From an uncultured bacterium (lineage in GTDB: Bacteria > Margulisbacteria > WOR-1 > CAVSGV01), in assembly GCA_963768305.1 (NCBI GenBank), contig CAVYHE010000013.1:23353-87352 (forward strand): 64,000 nucleotides of DNA, written 5' to 3'. The notes under the pieces are model-generated. The model was not told where the DNA came from. It saw only the letters and a list, made by a program, of their open reading frames with translations, and searched no databases. Every line of letters starts with the position of its first letter. Position 1 is the stretch's first letter. Position numbers and translations under genes: made by a program. Below, one piece after another: positions 39,338-50,182 of the stretch.

Positions 39338-39577
39338 TTACATTTCTTCCTTTATCCATTTTATGATTTGTTCCGTCCTTGGCAGAGGCTTTCCCGAGTG
39401 CTTTACTTTCTCATTTATCACGAGACCGGGTGTCATCATTACATATTTGCTTATATCTTTCCAGTCAGCAACCTTGACTATTGTTACTTTTGACTTCAAT
39501 TCGGATACGGCTTTCTTGACCTTTTTTTCAAGCTCCTGGCAGTTCGAGCAGCCAGGGCCCAAAACTTTGATTTCCAT
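39338..39577 (-). CDS. Small redox-active disulfide (thioredoxin family) protein
   Basis: IKVLGPGCSNC, VMMTPGLVIN. Confidence 0.92.
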   Translation of the reverse strand: MEIKVLGPGCSNCQELEKKVKKAVSELKSKVTIVKVADWKDISKYVMMTPGLVINEKVKHSGKPLPRTEQIIKWIKEEM

Positions 39578-39588
39578 AACAGTCTCCT

Positions 39589-40539
39589 TTAAAAGACGAT
39601 ATTGAACAAATATCCTATCAAAATTATTCCGACGGCGACAGTCCCAAAAAATGTCAAAAGAAGCCGCGGCTTCAGGACCTTTCGGAGTATGATGAATTCA
39701 GGCAGGGAAAGCGCCGTTACTGACATCATGAACGCAAGAGTCGTTCCCAGCGCAAGCCCTTTTTCCATTAGAGCCTGGATTATCGGAATTGTCCCCGCGG
39801 CATTCGAATAAAGGGGCACACCGATAATGACGGCAATTATCACCGCGAATGGATTCCCGTTGCCCGCATATCTTGTGACAAATTCGATAGGCACATATCC
39901 GTGAATAAATGCGCCAAGGCCGACGCCGATGATCACATAAAACCAAACCTGGGAAAAAATATCTTTTGTATATTCAGCGGCATAAGCTAACCTGTCTTTC
40001 CACGATCGTGCTGCTCCGGTCTCTCCGTGCGCGCGTCCTCCTTGGGTCACAAAATCCTCGACAAAGCGCTCCATTTTCAGATGCCCAATCATGAAACCCG
40101 CAAGTATCGCTATAACTAGGCCGCTTAAGATATATGTAATAGCTATTCGCCAGCCGAAAAGCCCCCATAAAAGAACTATTGCTACTTCATTGATCGTAGG
40201 GGAGGCGACAAGGAATGACATTGTGACGCCAAGGGGAACACCGGATTGGAGCATTCCCATGAACAGCGGGATGGCGGAACAGGTGCAGAACGGCGTAAAT
40301 ATCCCGAGACAAGCCGCAAGAATATTACCGGAGAACTCATTCTTCCTGCTCAATATTGATCTTATCTTTTCAGGGGGAAGAAAAGTCCTTATGACAGCGA
40401 CGACAAAGATGATCACCGCAAGGAGAAAATAGATCTTCGGGATATCGTAAAGGAAAAAGTTGACGCTCGAGGCAATATTCGTCCCTTTGGTTAATTTGAA
40501 AATATCATAGGTTATTATATTGGCGATATATTGGAACAT
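39589..40539 (-). CDS. ArsP-like DUF318 permease
   Basis: TPFCTCS.IP, ASP..NE, G.PLYSN, ALSLPE. Confidence 0.9.
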   Translation of the reverse strand: MFQYIANIITYDIFKLTKGTNIASSVNFFLYDIPKIYFLLAVIIFVVAVIRTFLPPEKIRSILSRKNEFSGNILAACLGIFTPFCTCSAIPLFMGMLQSGVPLGVTMSFLVASPTINEVAIVLLWGLFGWRIAITYILSGLVIAILAGFMIGHLKMERFVEDFVTQGGRAHGETGAARSWKDRLAYAAEYTKDIFSQVWFYVIIGVGLGAFIHGYVPIEFVTRYAGNGNPFAVIIAVIIGVPLYSNAAGTIPIIQALMEKGLALGTTLAFMMSVTALSLPEFIILRKVLKPRLLLTFFGTVAVGIILIGYLFNIVF

Positions 40540-40556
40540 TTATTTGGTCCCCTTGA

Positions 40557-41609
40557 TCAATCTTCGCAGCCGTCAAACCAGTGTTTTGTTCTGTTGCACA
40601 CAGAACAAAGCGATAGCATTACCGGAACTTCCACAAGTACGCCGACCACTGTCGCAAGCGCGGCGCCGGACTGCGGGCCGTACAAAGAAATCGCCGTTGC
40701 CACGGCCAGCTCAAAGAAATTACTGGCGCCTATCAGCGTCCCAGGAGCCGCAACATTGAATGGTACCCTAAGAAGCCTCATTAATCCATACGTGAGCGAA
40801 GCGTTAAAATAGACCTGTATCAATATCGGGACGGCTATCAATATGACATGGAACCATCTTACGGTGATATTGTCCGCCTGGAACGCGAATATAGTCAAAA
40901 GGGTGAGAAGCAGGGCAATGATGGTTATTGGATGGAAAAATGCCAGGAATTTCTTTTCGAACCACTCGATCCCTTTCCGTTTTATCAGAAAAGTCCTGCT
41001 TATCGACCCCGCTGCCAAAGGTATCACGATGAATATTATGACCGCGTACAGAAGCACATTCAGCGGTACCGTCAGATTGGACGCGCCGGTTATGAGAAAA
41101 GCCACGATGGGAGCGAAAGCGAAAAGCATTATCAGGTCGTTCACCGCCACCTGGACAAGCGTGTACGCTGGATCGCCGTCGGTAAGATAGCTCCAGACGA
41201 ACACCATTGCCGTGCAGGGAGTCGCTCCAAGAATAATGACTCCGGCTATATACTGGTTCGCAAGTTCGACCCCGATCAACGGCAGGAAAAATATTTTAAA
41301 GAATATCCATCCGAATATCGCCATGCTGAAAGGCTTTATCAGCCAGTTAACGAACAATGTTACTGCAAGCCCTTTTGGCTTTTTTCTCACGTTCAGGATG
41401 GAGGTGAAATCTATCTTGAGCATCATCGGATATATCATCAGCCATATAAGCACCGCTATAAGGATGTTTATCTGGCTTCCGGCCCCAAATTCAAGGCTTC
41501 TAATAAAATCCGTCGCTTGCGGGAATAATTTCCCCACGGCGACTCCGGCGACCATGCAAAGCGCCACCCACACCGTAAGATATCTTTCAAAAATATTTAT
41601 CTTTTTCAT
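40557..41609 (-). CDS. acr3: Acr3-family arsenite efflux transporter
   Basis: FERYLT.WV, NW.IKPF, PCTAMVFVW, SNFFELA.A, LVEVPVM. Confidence 0.95.
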   Translation of the reverse strand: MKKINIFERYLTVWVALCMVAGVAVGKLFPQATDFIRSLEFGAGSQINILIAVLIWLMIYPMMLKIDFTSILNVRKKPKGLAVTLFVNWLIKPFSMAIFGWIFFKIFFLPLIGVELANQYIAGVIILGATPCTAMVFVWSYLTDGDPAYTLVQVAVNDLIMLFAFAPIVAFLITGASNLTVPLNVLLYAVIIFIVIPLAAGSISRTFLIKRKGIEWFEKKFLAFFHPITIIALLLTLLTIFAFQADNITVRWFHVILIAVPILIQVYFNASLTYGLMRLLRVPFNVAAPGTLIGASNFFELAVATAISLYGPQSGAALATVVGVLVEVPVMLSLCSVCNRTKHWFDGCED

Positions 41610-41618
41610 ATTTATATT

Positions 41619-42563
41619 TTACACTATTTGCTGAAGTTCTCTAATGAGTTCGGTCCAGTATCTGGGCGAGCCGGTATCCGGAAAATGGTTGCTGAAATAC
41701 GGATCTTTGCTCTGGATGGAAAGCCATGATACGAAATGTATCATGCGCATTCCCCTCAGCGCAGGGATAAGTTTCAGCGATCCGGCATCGAACTTCCTGA
41801 AAGTCTCATACCCCTTAAGGAACCATGACAGCTCATTTTGAGAATCTTCAACGCTGCCGGGAAGCAGCATCCAGAGGTCCTGGACGGGAGGCCCGACGCA
41901 AAGGTCATCAAAATCTATTATCCATATGCCCTCGCCTGGCCTGAAGATCAAATTTCCTTTATGGCAGTCGCCGTGGATCAGGATGGCTTCCGGCTCGTCA
42001 AACGCCTTTTCGAATTTCTTGAGGAACAAGTCCGAGGCGTTGTCAAAAGACTTCCTGAAATCCTGAGGGATGAAATTTGTTTTTTTCAGTATTTGAATGT
42101 GATGTTTTGTCGCGGTCCCGGGTTTCCATTGGATGCGTTTTGAGTTTTTGCGCGTTCCTCCCACAGAATGGATCCTTGCCAGATGGCGCCCTATGTTTTC
42201 CCAGGACTCCTGGTCGAACTCATCCACAGCCCTGCCGCCTTTTTTGGGGAATATGGTGTACAAAATATTATCAAGCAAAAAAAGAGTTTTACCGGATATC
42301 ATCATCGGCTTTATGACGGGAATTTCCTTTGAAGCCAGTTCATTCAGGAAGTCGTGCTCTTCCAGTATCATATCCCTTGTCCAGCGGCCGGGCCTGTAAA
42401 ATTTGACTATGAATCTCTCTTTGTTGGCTTTTTTTTCGAGCTCGTATACCCGATTGATATAGCTGTTGCGCTGGATGAGCAGGCTGCTCAGTTTTGTCCC
42501 GAGGGTTTTCTCCAACGCCATAAATATGTTCTCGTGGTCCAATGCATTCCATACGTTTTCCAT
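41619..42563 (-). CDS. srkA: SrkA/RdoA-like stress kinase (APH superfamily)
   Basis: NSY.NRVY, KFYRPGRW, EEH.F, HGDCH.GN, DFDD...P.VQDLWM. Confidence 0.88.
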   Translation of the reverse strand: MENVWNALDHENIFMALEKTLGTKLSSLLIQRNSYINRVYELEKKANKERFIVKFYRPGRWTRDMILEEHDFLNELASKEIPVIKPMMISGKTLFLLDNILYTIFPKKGGRAVDEFDQESWENIGRHLARIHSVGGTRKNSKRIQWKPGTATKHHIQILKKTNFIPQDFRKSFDNASDLFLKKFEKAFDEPEAILIHGDCHKGNLIFRPGEGIWIIDFDDLCVGPPVQDLWMLLPGSVEDSQNELSWFLKGYETFRKFDAGSLKLIPALRGMRMIHFVSWLSIQSKDPYFSNHFPDTGSPRYWTELIRELQQIV

Positions 42564-42591
42564 GCCTCTATCATACTTTTACTGATATAAT

Positions 42592-43227
42592 ATGGCAAGC
42601 TGGAGGATCGAAATGGGCATCACCGAATTTTTGTCGCAATATGTAACGCTCCTGATGGAGAAGACCGGATACATAACTGTTTTCATCACAATGATGATGG
42701 AGAGCATGGTCCTGCCGGTCCCCAGCGAGGCGGTAATGCCTTTTGCCGGATTCTTGATAGCCGACGGCAAATTCACTTTTATTCTTGTCGTCATCATCAG
42801 CACGCTCGGAAGTTTGACCGGTTCGCTCATCTCATACGCGATCGGATATTACGGCGAAAAGGCGCTCATCCACAAATACGGCAGATTCCTGCTTCTGGAC
42901 GCGGATGAGCTGGAAGCCACCGACAGGTTCTTCAATAAATACGGCGATATCACGATATTCATCTGCCGGTTCATCCCGGTCATCAGGCATTTGATCTCAA
43001 TCCCGGCTGGGATCGCGGAGATGAATATCTGGAAATTCGCTTTATTTACCGTCATCGGTGCAGGGCTGTGGAACAGCTTCCTCGCTTATGTCGGCTTCCA
43101 TTTAAGATGTAACTGGGCAGCGGTCATGAAATACAGCAAAGTTATCGATATATTTGTTTTGCTGATATTAGTTGGATTAGTGGCGTATTACATATATAAG
43201 CATTTGAAAAGACGCAATAAAAAATAG
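42592..43227 (+). CDS. DedA family membrane protein
   Basis: ES..LP.PSE.VMPFAG, RFIP.IRH.ISIPAG. Confidence 0.93.
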   Translation: MASWRIEMGITEFLSQYVTLLMEKTGYITVFITMMMESMVLPVPSEAVMPFAGFLIADGKFTFILVVIISTLGSLTGSLISYAIGYYGEKALIHKYGRFLLLDADELEATDRFFNKYGDITIFICRFIPVIRHLISIPAGIAEMNIWKFALFTVIGAGLWNSFLAYVGFHLRCNWAAVMKYSKVIDIFVLLILVGLVAYYIYKHLKRRNKK

Positions 43228-43288
43228 CTTAAACCGGTATTTTATATCAATATTACTGTAATTGACTAACATATAGATATCCCCTAAA

Positions 43289-44152
43289 ATGGCCCTTATG
43301 AAGCTGAAAGTCACCATAGTCGGCCTCGGTTTAATAGGCGGCTCTCTCGGAATGGCCATCAGGAAGAAAAAACTCGCAAGGGTCATAGGCCTTACCAGCG
43401 ATGATTCAAAAGCAGCCCAGGCGGTAAAGATCGGCGCGGTAGACTACGCGTCCACGAACCTGAGAGGACTTATGCAGGACGCGGACATAATATTCATTTG
43501 CTACCCCATCCAGCACATCATTTCAGAGCTCCGCAAGATAATGCCGTACGTAAAGCGCGGAGCCATAATCACCGATGTTGGCAGCTCCAAGGGAATGATA
43601 GTCAAGGAAGCCGAAAGGATCTCGCGCAAGAACATTTTCTTTGTCGGCGGGCATCCAATGGCTGGCAAGGAAAAGACCGGACTTGAACATGCCGATGGCG
43701 ATCTTTTCGTCGGGAATAATTACATCCTGACCAGGACGGCGAAAACGGACCAAAAGTCCTTGAATTTCCTGAAAAGTTTTATTTCAAAGCTTGGCGCAAA
43801 GGTCCAGGTTCTTGACCCGGATGTACACGACAGCATGGTTTCCGGAATAAGCCACATGCCGGTAGCTGTGGCTTCCGCGCTGGTCGATTCCGTCTTGAGC
43901 AAAGGAAAGGCCGGCCGCGCGATGGCAAAATTTGCCGCTTCAGGGTTCCGCGATGCCACAAGGATCGCTTCCGGCGATCCGGACCTTGGGACGGGCATGT
44001 TCGTGACGAACAAGAAGGCAGTGCTTTCCTCATTAGCTTCGTTCAAAAAATCGTTATCAAATATCGAAAAGCTCATAAAACGCGGGGATGCCGCGAAGAT
44101 CCGAAGCAAACTGCATGAGATAAAGGCATTCAGGGATTCGCTTTATAAATGA
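43289..44152 (+). CDS. tyrA: Prephenate dehydrogenase
   Basis: GLGLIGGS, TDVGS.K, HPMAG.E, ISH.P, GFRD.TRIA. Confidence 0.93.
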   Translation: MALMKLKVTIVGLGLIGGSLGMAIRKKKLARVIGLTSDDSKAAQAVKIGAVDYASTNLRGLMQDADIIFICYPIQHIISELRKIMPYVKRGAIITDVGSSKGMIVKEAERISRKNIFFVGGHPMAGKEKTGLEHADGDLFVGNNYILTRTAKTDQKSLNFLKSFISKLGAKVQVLDPDVHDSMVSGISHMPVAVASALVDSVLSKGKAGRAMAKFAASGFRDATRIASGDPDLGTGMFVTNKKAVLSSLASFKKSLSNIEKLIKRGDAAKIRSKLHEIKAFRDSLYK

Positions 44153-45456
44153 AAAAGTTCATCGTTGAACAAGCAAGATCGCTTAAAGGGAAAGTGAAGA
44201 TTCCCGGCGACAAATCCATTTCCCATCGCGCTGTCATGATTGGCTCCATCGCGAAAGGCGACACAAAGATAGAGAATTTCCTCCGGGCTGACGACTGCAT
44301 GAGAACTATCGATTGTTTCCGCAAAATGGGCATCGAGATCATCATCGACGAAAAAAATGTCACCGTAAAAGGAAAAGGTCTGTTAGGGCTGAAAGAACCA
44401 TCGAATATTTTTGACGTGGGCAATTCCGGGACGACAATGAGGCTTATTTCCGGCATCCTTGCCGGCCAGAAATTCCATTCGACACTGACCGGCGACGAAT
44501 CCATACGAAGAAGACCGATGGGAAGGATAGTCGAACCTCTCAAGAAAATGGGCGCGGCCATCCACGGGAGGCAGAGAGATACACTGGCGCCGCTCACGAT
44601 AATGGGAAAAGAGATACACGCCATTACATATGATATGCCTGTCGCGAGCGCGCAGGTAAAATCAGCTGTTCTCCTTGCCGGGCTTTACGCGCGAGGAACA
44701 ACCACGGTCATTGAAAAAGAGCCGACCAGGGATCACACCGAGCGGATGCTGGAATATTTCGGCGCGGCGATAAAGCGCGATGACAAAAGAATATCGGTCG
44801 AAGGCATGGTCGAATTCGACGGAAAGAAAGTTTTTGTTCCCGGCGATATTTCCAGCGCTGCGTTCCTTCTGGTTGCCGCTTCAATAGTTCCCGGCTCTGA
44901 TATCACAATAAAAGATGTCGGCGTAAACCCGGGCAGGACAGGCATTATCGAAGTCCTCCATAGAATGGGTGCGAACATTGAAGTTAAGAACGAGAAGATA
45001 CTTTCAAATGAACCCCTTGCTGATATATCAGTTAAATATTCCGAGCTGAGCGCGGTGGAGTTAAGCGGCAGCGTAATATCCAGGATCATAGACGAAATAC
45101 CGATTATCGCGGTCGCCGCTGCGGTGGCAAAAGGCAGGACCGTCATAAGGGGCGCTGATGAGCTGCGCGTCAAAGAGAGCGACAGGATAAAGACGACCGT
45201 TCATGAATTGAGGCGGATGGGAGCGAATATAGAGGAAGCCAGGGACGGGTTCGTCATTTACGGCCCCGCGAAATTGAATAAGGGCATCTGCCAGAGCTAC
45301 GGCGATCACAGGATAGCCATGATATCCGCCATTGCCGGCCTTGCCGCTACCGGCCAGACTATTGTCGAAAAAGTGGAATGTGTGGAAACATCGTTCCCCG
45401 GATTCGCGTCAACGATAAACAGCCTCTCCGATGCTCCGCTTATCATCGAACAATGA
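44149..45456 (+). CDS. aroA: EPSP synthase
   Basis: PGDKSISHR, GNSGTT.R, SAQVKSA, RDHTE, KESDRI, DHRIAM. Confidence 0.96.
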   Translation: MKKFIVEQARSLKGKVKIPGDKSISHRAVMIGSIAKGDTKIENFLRADDCMRTIDCFRKMGIEIIIDEKNVTVKGKGLLGLKEPSNIFDVGNSGTTMRLISGILAGQKFHSTLTGDESIRRRPMGRIVEPLKKMGAAIHGRQRDTLAPLTIMGKEIHAITYDMPVASAQVKSAVLLAGLYARGTTTVIEKEPTRDHTERMLEYFGAAIKRDDKRISVEGMVEFDGKKVFVPGDISSAAFLLVAASIVPGSDITIKDVGVNPGRTGIIEVLHRMGANIEVKNEKILSNEPLADISVKYSELSAVELSGSVISRIIDEIPIIAVAAAVAKGRTVIRGADELRVKESDRIKTTVHELRRMGANIEEARDGFVIYGPAKLNKGICQSYGDHRIAMISAIAGLAATGQTIVEKVECVETSFPGFASTINSLSDAPLIIEQ

Positions 45457-47153
45457 ACAAAATAATCGTCCTGGATGAAACATTAATCTCAAAGATCGCT
45501 GCCGGAGAAGTTATTGAACGTCCCGCTTCGGTCGTTAAAGAGCTGGTCGAGAATTCGATAGATGCGGGCGCGAAGAAAATATCCGTTGAGATCAAGGACG
45601 GCGGAAAAAGATCCATAAAAGTCATTGATGACGGCAGCGGAATGAGCCCTGTAGACGCGCGGCTGGCGATAGAGCGGCATGCAACAAGCAAACTGAAAAG
45701 CGCGGAAGATCTTTTTTCGATAATGACCCTCGGCTTTCGCGGCGAAGCGCTGCCCAGCATTGCGGGCATATCCAAATTCGAATTGATCACAAATGACGGC
45801 GGCTCAAATGGGACAAAAGTTGTCGTCGACGGCGGAAAAGTCAGGACAATTGAGAATTCAGGCTGTCCCGCCGGCACGTCGGTCACGGTGGAAGACCTTT
45901 TCTTCAATACTCCTGCCCGTCTGAAATTTCAGAAAGCGAAATCGACGGAGATATCGCATATGACCGAGACCGTCTCGAAATTCATCCTGTCAAATCCGGA
46001 AATTTCATTCGAACTGAAAAGCGACGGAAAGAAAATATTGTCATCCATTGGCTCCGGCAATTTATTGGAGGCGATAGCATCGGTTTACGGGACGGATATG
46101 GCTAAGGCAATGTTAGAAGTTAAGAGTGATGAGTTAAAAGTGAGTGGTGTGAGTGTACACGGATATATTAGTCAACCGGTCATTACCAAGTCAGACCGGT
46201 ACGGCGAGTCGTTCTTTGTTAACGGAAGGTTCGTAAGGAACATGCTTTTATCCAGGGCGCTCGAAAACGCTTACAGGACGCTCATTCCCGGCGATAAGTA
46301 CCCGATCGCCGTAATATTCGTCGATATCAACCCGAAAGAGATAGATGTCAACGTCCATCCGACAAAGCGTGAGATAAAATTCGCAAAACCTGATGTTGCA
46401 ATGAACGCTATAACTTCAGCTGTATCATCAGCACTTGGGGAGATAACTGCAGGGTCAGATCCCAGGCAATTCGGCGGTTCTCAGTTCATCAACAGAAATG
46501 AATGGAAGCCGGAGATGATGAGCATCCTGGAACAATTACCAATGACAAATGACAAATTACAAATCAATTCCCAATATCCAATTACAAATGAAAGAGCGGA
46601 AATATTGATACAGTTGAATTTAACCTACATTATATCAATGCGGGGGGAAGACCTCATAATCGTGGACCAGCATGCGGCACATGAAAGGATCATGTACGAG
46701 AAATTCAAGAATAAAACCATCGGCGGCACGCAAAACCTGCTTGTTCCGAAAACGATCGAAATGGAACCAAGGGAATTTGAATTGATATCGGGGAATCTTG
46801 CTGAAATATCGGATCTCGGATTTGAGATCGAGATTTTTGGCAGGAATACGGTCAATGTGCGCGGCGTTCCTGCAGCATTAGGGATCCATAATATTGACGC
46901 TTCAATATCAGAGATCCTGTCCGAGTTGAGCTCATCTTTCAGCATTAAAAGCGTTGATGAGCGAAGGGAAGCTGTCTGGAAAATGATGGCATGCAAAGCG
47001 GCTGTGAAAGCCGGCGACCGCCTTTCATATGATGAGATGAGCGCGCTTCTGAAGGAGCTTTATTCGACAAGCAACCCGACCACCTGTCCGCACGGCAGGC
47101 CTACGCTTGTAAAAATTTCAAGATCGAGCATGGAAAAGATGTTCGAAAGATAA
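45453..47153 (+). CDS. mutL: DNA mismatch repair endonuclease (start ATG 45453)
   Basis: IAAGEVIERP, GFRGEAL, DVNVHP.K, DQHAAHER, ACK, CPHGRP. Confidence 0.96.
   Translation: MNKIIVLDETLISKIAAGEVIERPASVVKELVENSIDAGAKKISVEIKDGGKRSIKVIDDGSGMSPVDARLAIERHATSKLKSAEDLFSIMTLGFRGEALPSIAGISKFELITNDGGSNGTKVVVDGGKVRTIENSGCPAGTSVTVEDLFFNTPARLKFQKAKSTEISHMTETVSKFILSNPEISFELKSDGKKILSSIGSGNLLEAIASVYGTDMAKAMLEVKSDELKVSGVSVHGYISQPVITKSDRYGESFFVNGRFVRNMLLSRALENAYRTLIPGDKYPIAVIFVDINPKEIDVNVHPTKREIKFAKPDVAMNAITSAVSSALGEITAGSDPRQFGGSQFINRNEWKPEMMSILEQLPMTNDKLQINSQYPITNERAEILIQLNLTYIISMRGEDLIIVDQHAAHERIMYEKFKNKTIGGTQNLLVPKTIEMEPREFELISGNLAEISDLGFEIEIFGRNTVNVRGVPAALGIHNIDASISEILSELSSSFSIKSVDERREAVWKMMACKAAVKAGDRLSYDEMSALLKELYSTSNPTTCPHGRPTLVKISRSSMEKMFER
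46533..46592 (+). repeat. Heptamer-type repeat within mutL, in frame
   Basis: CAATTAC CAATGAC AAATGAC AAATTAC AAAT...CAATATC CAATTAC AAATGAA. Confidence 0.65.
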
Positions 47154-47222
47154 CGATTTGACATTGCCGGCCCGCGTCTGCTACACTCGAACAAGTTTTT
47201 TTTGATTTCAGGAGGCATTATT

Positions 47223-49439
47223 TTGGCGAAAAATCTGGTCATCGTTGAATCACCCGCGAAAGCGAAAACGCTTGAAAAATTCCTCGGCAGGGATTTTTCC
47301 GTTACCGCTTCCGGCGGGCACATCCGCGACCTTCCGCCGAAAAGCATCGGCGTCAATATTGCGAAGGGCTTCGAGCCCAAATATCAGATCATGAAGGGAA
47401 AAGAAAAGACCGTTAAAGCCCTCATTGCCGCGGCAAAAAAAGCGCAAATGGTCTTCCTTGCCCCCGACCCTGACAGGGAAGGGGAAGCTATCGCCTGGCA
47501 CCTTGCACAGGTCATTAACGCGAGCGGAAAGATAAAACGCGTTGAATTCAACGAGATAACGAAAAAAGCCGTCCTTCAAGCCATAGAAAATCCCCGGGAG
47601 ATCGATATGAACCGCGTGGATGCCCAACAGGCAAGACGGATACTGGACAGGATAGTCGGCTACAAGCTCTCCCCTCTTCTCTGGAAAAAGATCAGGAAAG
47701 GATTGTCAGCGGGGCGCGTCCAATCCGTTGCCGTCAGACTTATCTGCGAAAGGGAAGAGCTGATAAAAAAATTCATTCCCCAGGAATACTGGTCCATAGA
47801 AGCGCGCCTCTCTTCTGACGGCGAAGAGAAAGCATTCCTCTCAAAGCTTATACAGGTCAAAGGCAACAAGATCAGCATAACGAACAAGGAGGCCGCCGAT
47901 GCAATATTGAAAGAGATCAATGGCCAGGATTTTATTGTCACGAAGATCGTTAAAAAAGAGCAGCGCCGCAATCCTTCCGCGCCCTTCATCACATCCACAT
48001 TGCAGCAGGAATCATACAGGAAGCTGGGATATTCCACGAAAAAAACAATGGTCATAGCTCAGCAGTTATATGAAGGGATTGCGCTGGAAGAGGGGACCAC
48101 GACAGGGCTTATCACTTATATGAGAACAGACTCCACGCGCGTGTCAAAAGAAGCGCAGGATGCCGCGATCGAACTGATAAAAAGGGATTTTGGCGAAAAA
48201 TATGTTCCGAAAGAGCCGAAAATTTACAAGATGAAAAAACAGGCTCAGGACGCGCATGAAGCCATCAGGCCCGCATATTTTGACAGAAAACCCGCCGATA
48301 TAGCCAAAAGTTTGACACCTGACCAGTTGAAGCTCTATACATTGATCTGGAACAGATTTATCGCTTCACAGATGGAATCGGCGGTGTTGGACCAGACAGC
48401 GGCGGATATCTCCGCCGGTGATGATATATTCAGAGCTAACGGCTCGGTCATAAAGTTCGACGGCTTCATGGCAGTTTACATGGAAGGCCATGATGAGGAT
48501 GAAGAAGAAGAAAGAGAAGGCATACTTCCGGAAATGAGCGAAGGACAGAAATTGAAATTGATATCGATCATGCCTTTCCAGCATTTTACCCAGCCGCCTC
48601 CAAGGTTTACGGAAGCATCGCTTGTCAAGGAACTGGAAGCCGACGGAATAGGCAGGCCTTCAACATATGCTCCGATCATCGGCACGATACAGGACCGCGG
48701 ATACGTGGAAAAAGAAGGAAAGATGCTTAAGCCTACGGAACTGGGCGTTACAGTTAATGAACAGCTCGTGAAGAATTTCCCTGTCATAATGGACGTGGAA
48801 TTCACCGCGAAAATGGAGGATTCGCTGGACGGGATAGTGGACGGCTCGGTCAACTGGAGAGCAATGCTTGATGAATTCTACGGCCCGTTCGAAGAAACAT
48901 TGAAACAGGCCGAAACAGGAATGGAAAAGATAAAGAAAGAGATCCTTACGGAGGAAAAATGTCCGAAATGCGGCAAGCCGATGATGATAAGATCAGGAAG
49001 GTTCGGCGATTTCATGGCCTGCTCCGGATATCCGCAGTGCAAATACACGAAGCCCCTTCCCGGGAGCAAAGAAGCGGAATCCACGAATGAGGTTTGCGAG
49101 AAATGCGGGAAGCCAATGATCTACAAGCGCAGCCGGTTCGGGTCTTTCATGGCCTGCTCGGGATATCCCAAATGCAGGAATATAAAGCCGATATTGAAGA
49201 CAACGGGGATAAAATGTCCCAAATGCGGCGGCGACATAGTGGAAAGGAAATCAAAGAGGGGAAAGATCTTCTATAGCTGCAGCAATTATCCCGAATGCAA
49301 ATTCGCCCTATGGAACAAGCCGCTGGAGGAAAAGTGCCCCAAATGCGGCGGTATCATGGTTGAGAAGCGAACAAAAAAAGAGGCAAAAAAGATGTGCGTG
49401 AATGAAGCCTGCGAATATTCGGAAGACCTTCCGGCATAG
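47223..49439 (+). CDS. topA: DNA topoisomerase I with C-terminal zinc ribbons
   Basis: LVIVESPAKAK, DPDREGE, SAGRVQS, ITYMRTD, GIGRPSTY; four CxxC ribbons. Confidence 0.97.
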   Translation: MAKNLVIVESPAKAKTLEKFLGRDFSVTASGGHIRDLPPKSIGVNIAKGFEPKYQIMKGKEKTVKALIAAAKKAQMVFLAPDPDREGEAIAWHLAQVINASGKIKRVEFNEITKKAVLQAIENPREIDMNRVDAQQARRILDRIVGYKLSPLLWKKIRKGLSAGRVQSVAVRLICEREELIKKFIPQEYWSIEARLSSDGEEKAFLSKLIQVKGNKISITNKEAADAILKEINGQDFIVTKIVKKEQRRNPSAPFITSTLQQESYRKLGYSTKKTMVIAQQLYEGIALEEGTTTGLITYMRTDSTRVSKEAQDAAIELIKRDFGEKYVPKEPKIYKMKKQAQDAHEAIRPAYFDRKPADIAKSLTPDQLKLYTLIWNRFIASQMESAVLDQTAADISAGDDIFRANGSVIKFDGFMAVYMEGHDEDEEEEREGILPEMSEGQKLKLISIMPFQHFTQPPPRFTEASLVKELEADGIGRPSTYAPIIGTIQDRGYVEKEGKMLKPTELGVTVNEQLVKNFPVIMDVEFTAKMEDSLDGIVDGSVNWRAMLDEFYGPFEETLKQAETGMEKIKKEILTEEKCPKCGKPMMIRSGRFGDFMACSGYPQCKYTKPLPGSKEAESTNEVCEKCGKPMIYKRSRFGSFMACSGYPKCRNIKPILKTTGIKCPKCGGDIVERKSKRGKIFYSCSNYPECKFALWNKPLEEKCPKCGGIMVEKRTKKEAKKMCVNEACEYSEDLPA

Positions 49440-49507
49440 AGCGGTCATTTTGAATAAATAATTTCAATTTCATCACGATTCCCCTCTGTTTTACAGGTTA
49501 AAAAAAT

Positions 49508-49534
49508 GAAATTTTCCTGAAACTTGGCCGATAT
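49508..49534 (+). promoter_or_regulatory. Conserved cassette-head element 6 (sigma28-like promoter)
   Basis: GAAA-N15-GCCGATAT; the -10 matches the SigD consensus. Confidence 0.75.
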
Positions 49535-49573
49535 ATATGTAGAGGCACCATTGATATAAAACAAGAGATAATC

Positions 49574-50110
49574 ATGCAAATAACGAGATTAATAAATCGC
49601 ATAAAGATTAATAAACTATTTATAATAGCTCCTAAAATGATTAATATTCAAGGACAAACTTTTCGTATTATGCGAAGAGAGGTCTCAGAGGCCCAGGTTT
49701 TGCAATTTGCTAAAATTAATAATTATGATATTAAAGGCCATGAACATACGGTTTGGGAACCCGACTTTAAACTCCCGGCCATTATTAAAAACCCGATTAA
49801 AAATCTAGGGAATTTAGTTTGTTTAAGTTTAATTGATGGTCGCGCATATGCGACATGGCTGAGCGTGCGACTCAATCGGAAATTTCGGGTTCCAACCGAG
49901 GCAGAATGGCTAATTGCCATGAAATTGGCTGGAAGGAAATTGACGGGAGAATGGTCAGGTAAAAATTGGGAATGGACTGAAACTCGATCAAAGATATATG
50001 GTTCAGAGGATTGTTTTGTTCTGCGTGCATTTGGTTTTGAGAAACCGGCTTATGGTAGCCCCGAATTTCGCCATCATAATTTTGGGATCCGCCTTGTCGA
50101 AGATATTTGA
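49574..50110 (+). CDS. Orphan protein with degenerate FGE-sulfatase/C-type-lectin-fold domain
   Basis: FRIMRREV, FRVPTEAEW, GKNWEWT, FGIRLVEDI; paralogue of 6532-7158. Confidence 0.75.
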   Translation: MQITRLINRIKINKLFIIAPKMINIQGQTFRIMRREVSEAQVLQFAKINNYDIKGHEHTVWEPDFKLPAIIKNPIKNLGNLVCLSLIDGRAYATWLSVRLNRKFRVPTEAEWLIAMKLAGRKLTGEWSGKNWEWTETRSKIYGSEDCFVLRAFGFEKPAYGSPEFRHHNFGIRLVEDI

Positions 50111-50182
50111 TCAGCTGTTCAATCTTTACTTATCGATATAGCAAACATTGAAGTTAAATCTTATCGGGTATAGAATATCCCC

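Noticed and set aside
48955..49350. Repeated AAATGCGG/GGATATCC segments
   Set aside because: They are the tandem zinc-ribbon domains of TopA, an expected coding repeat.
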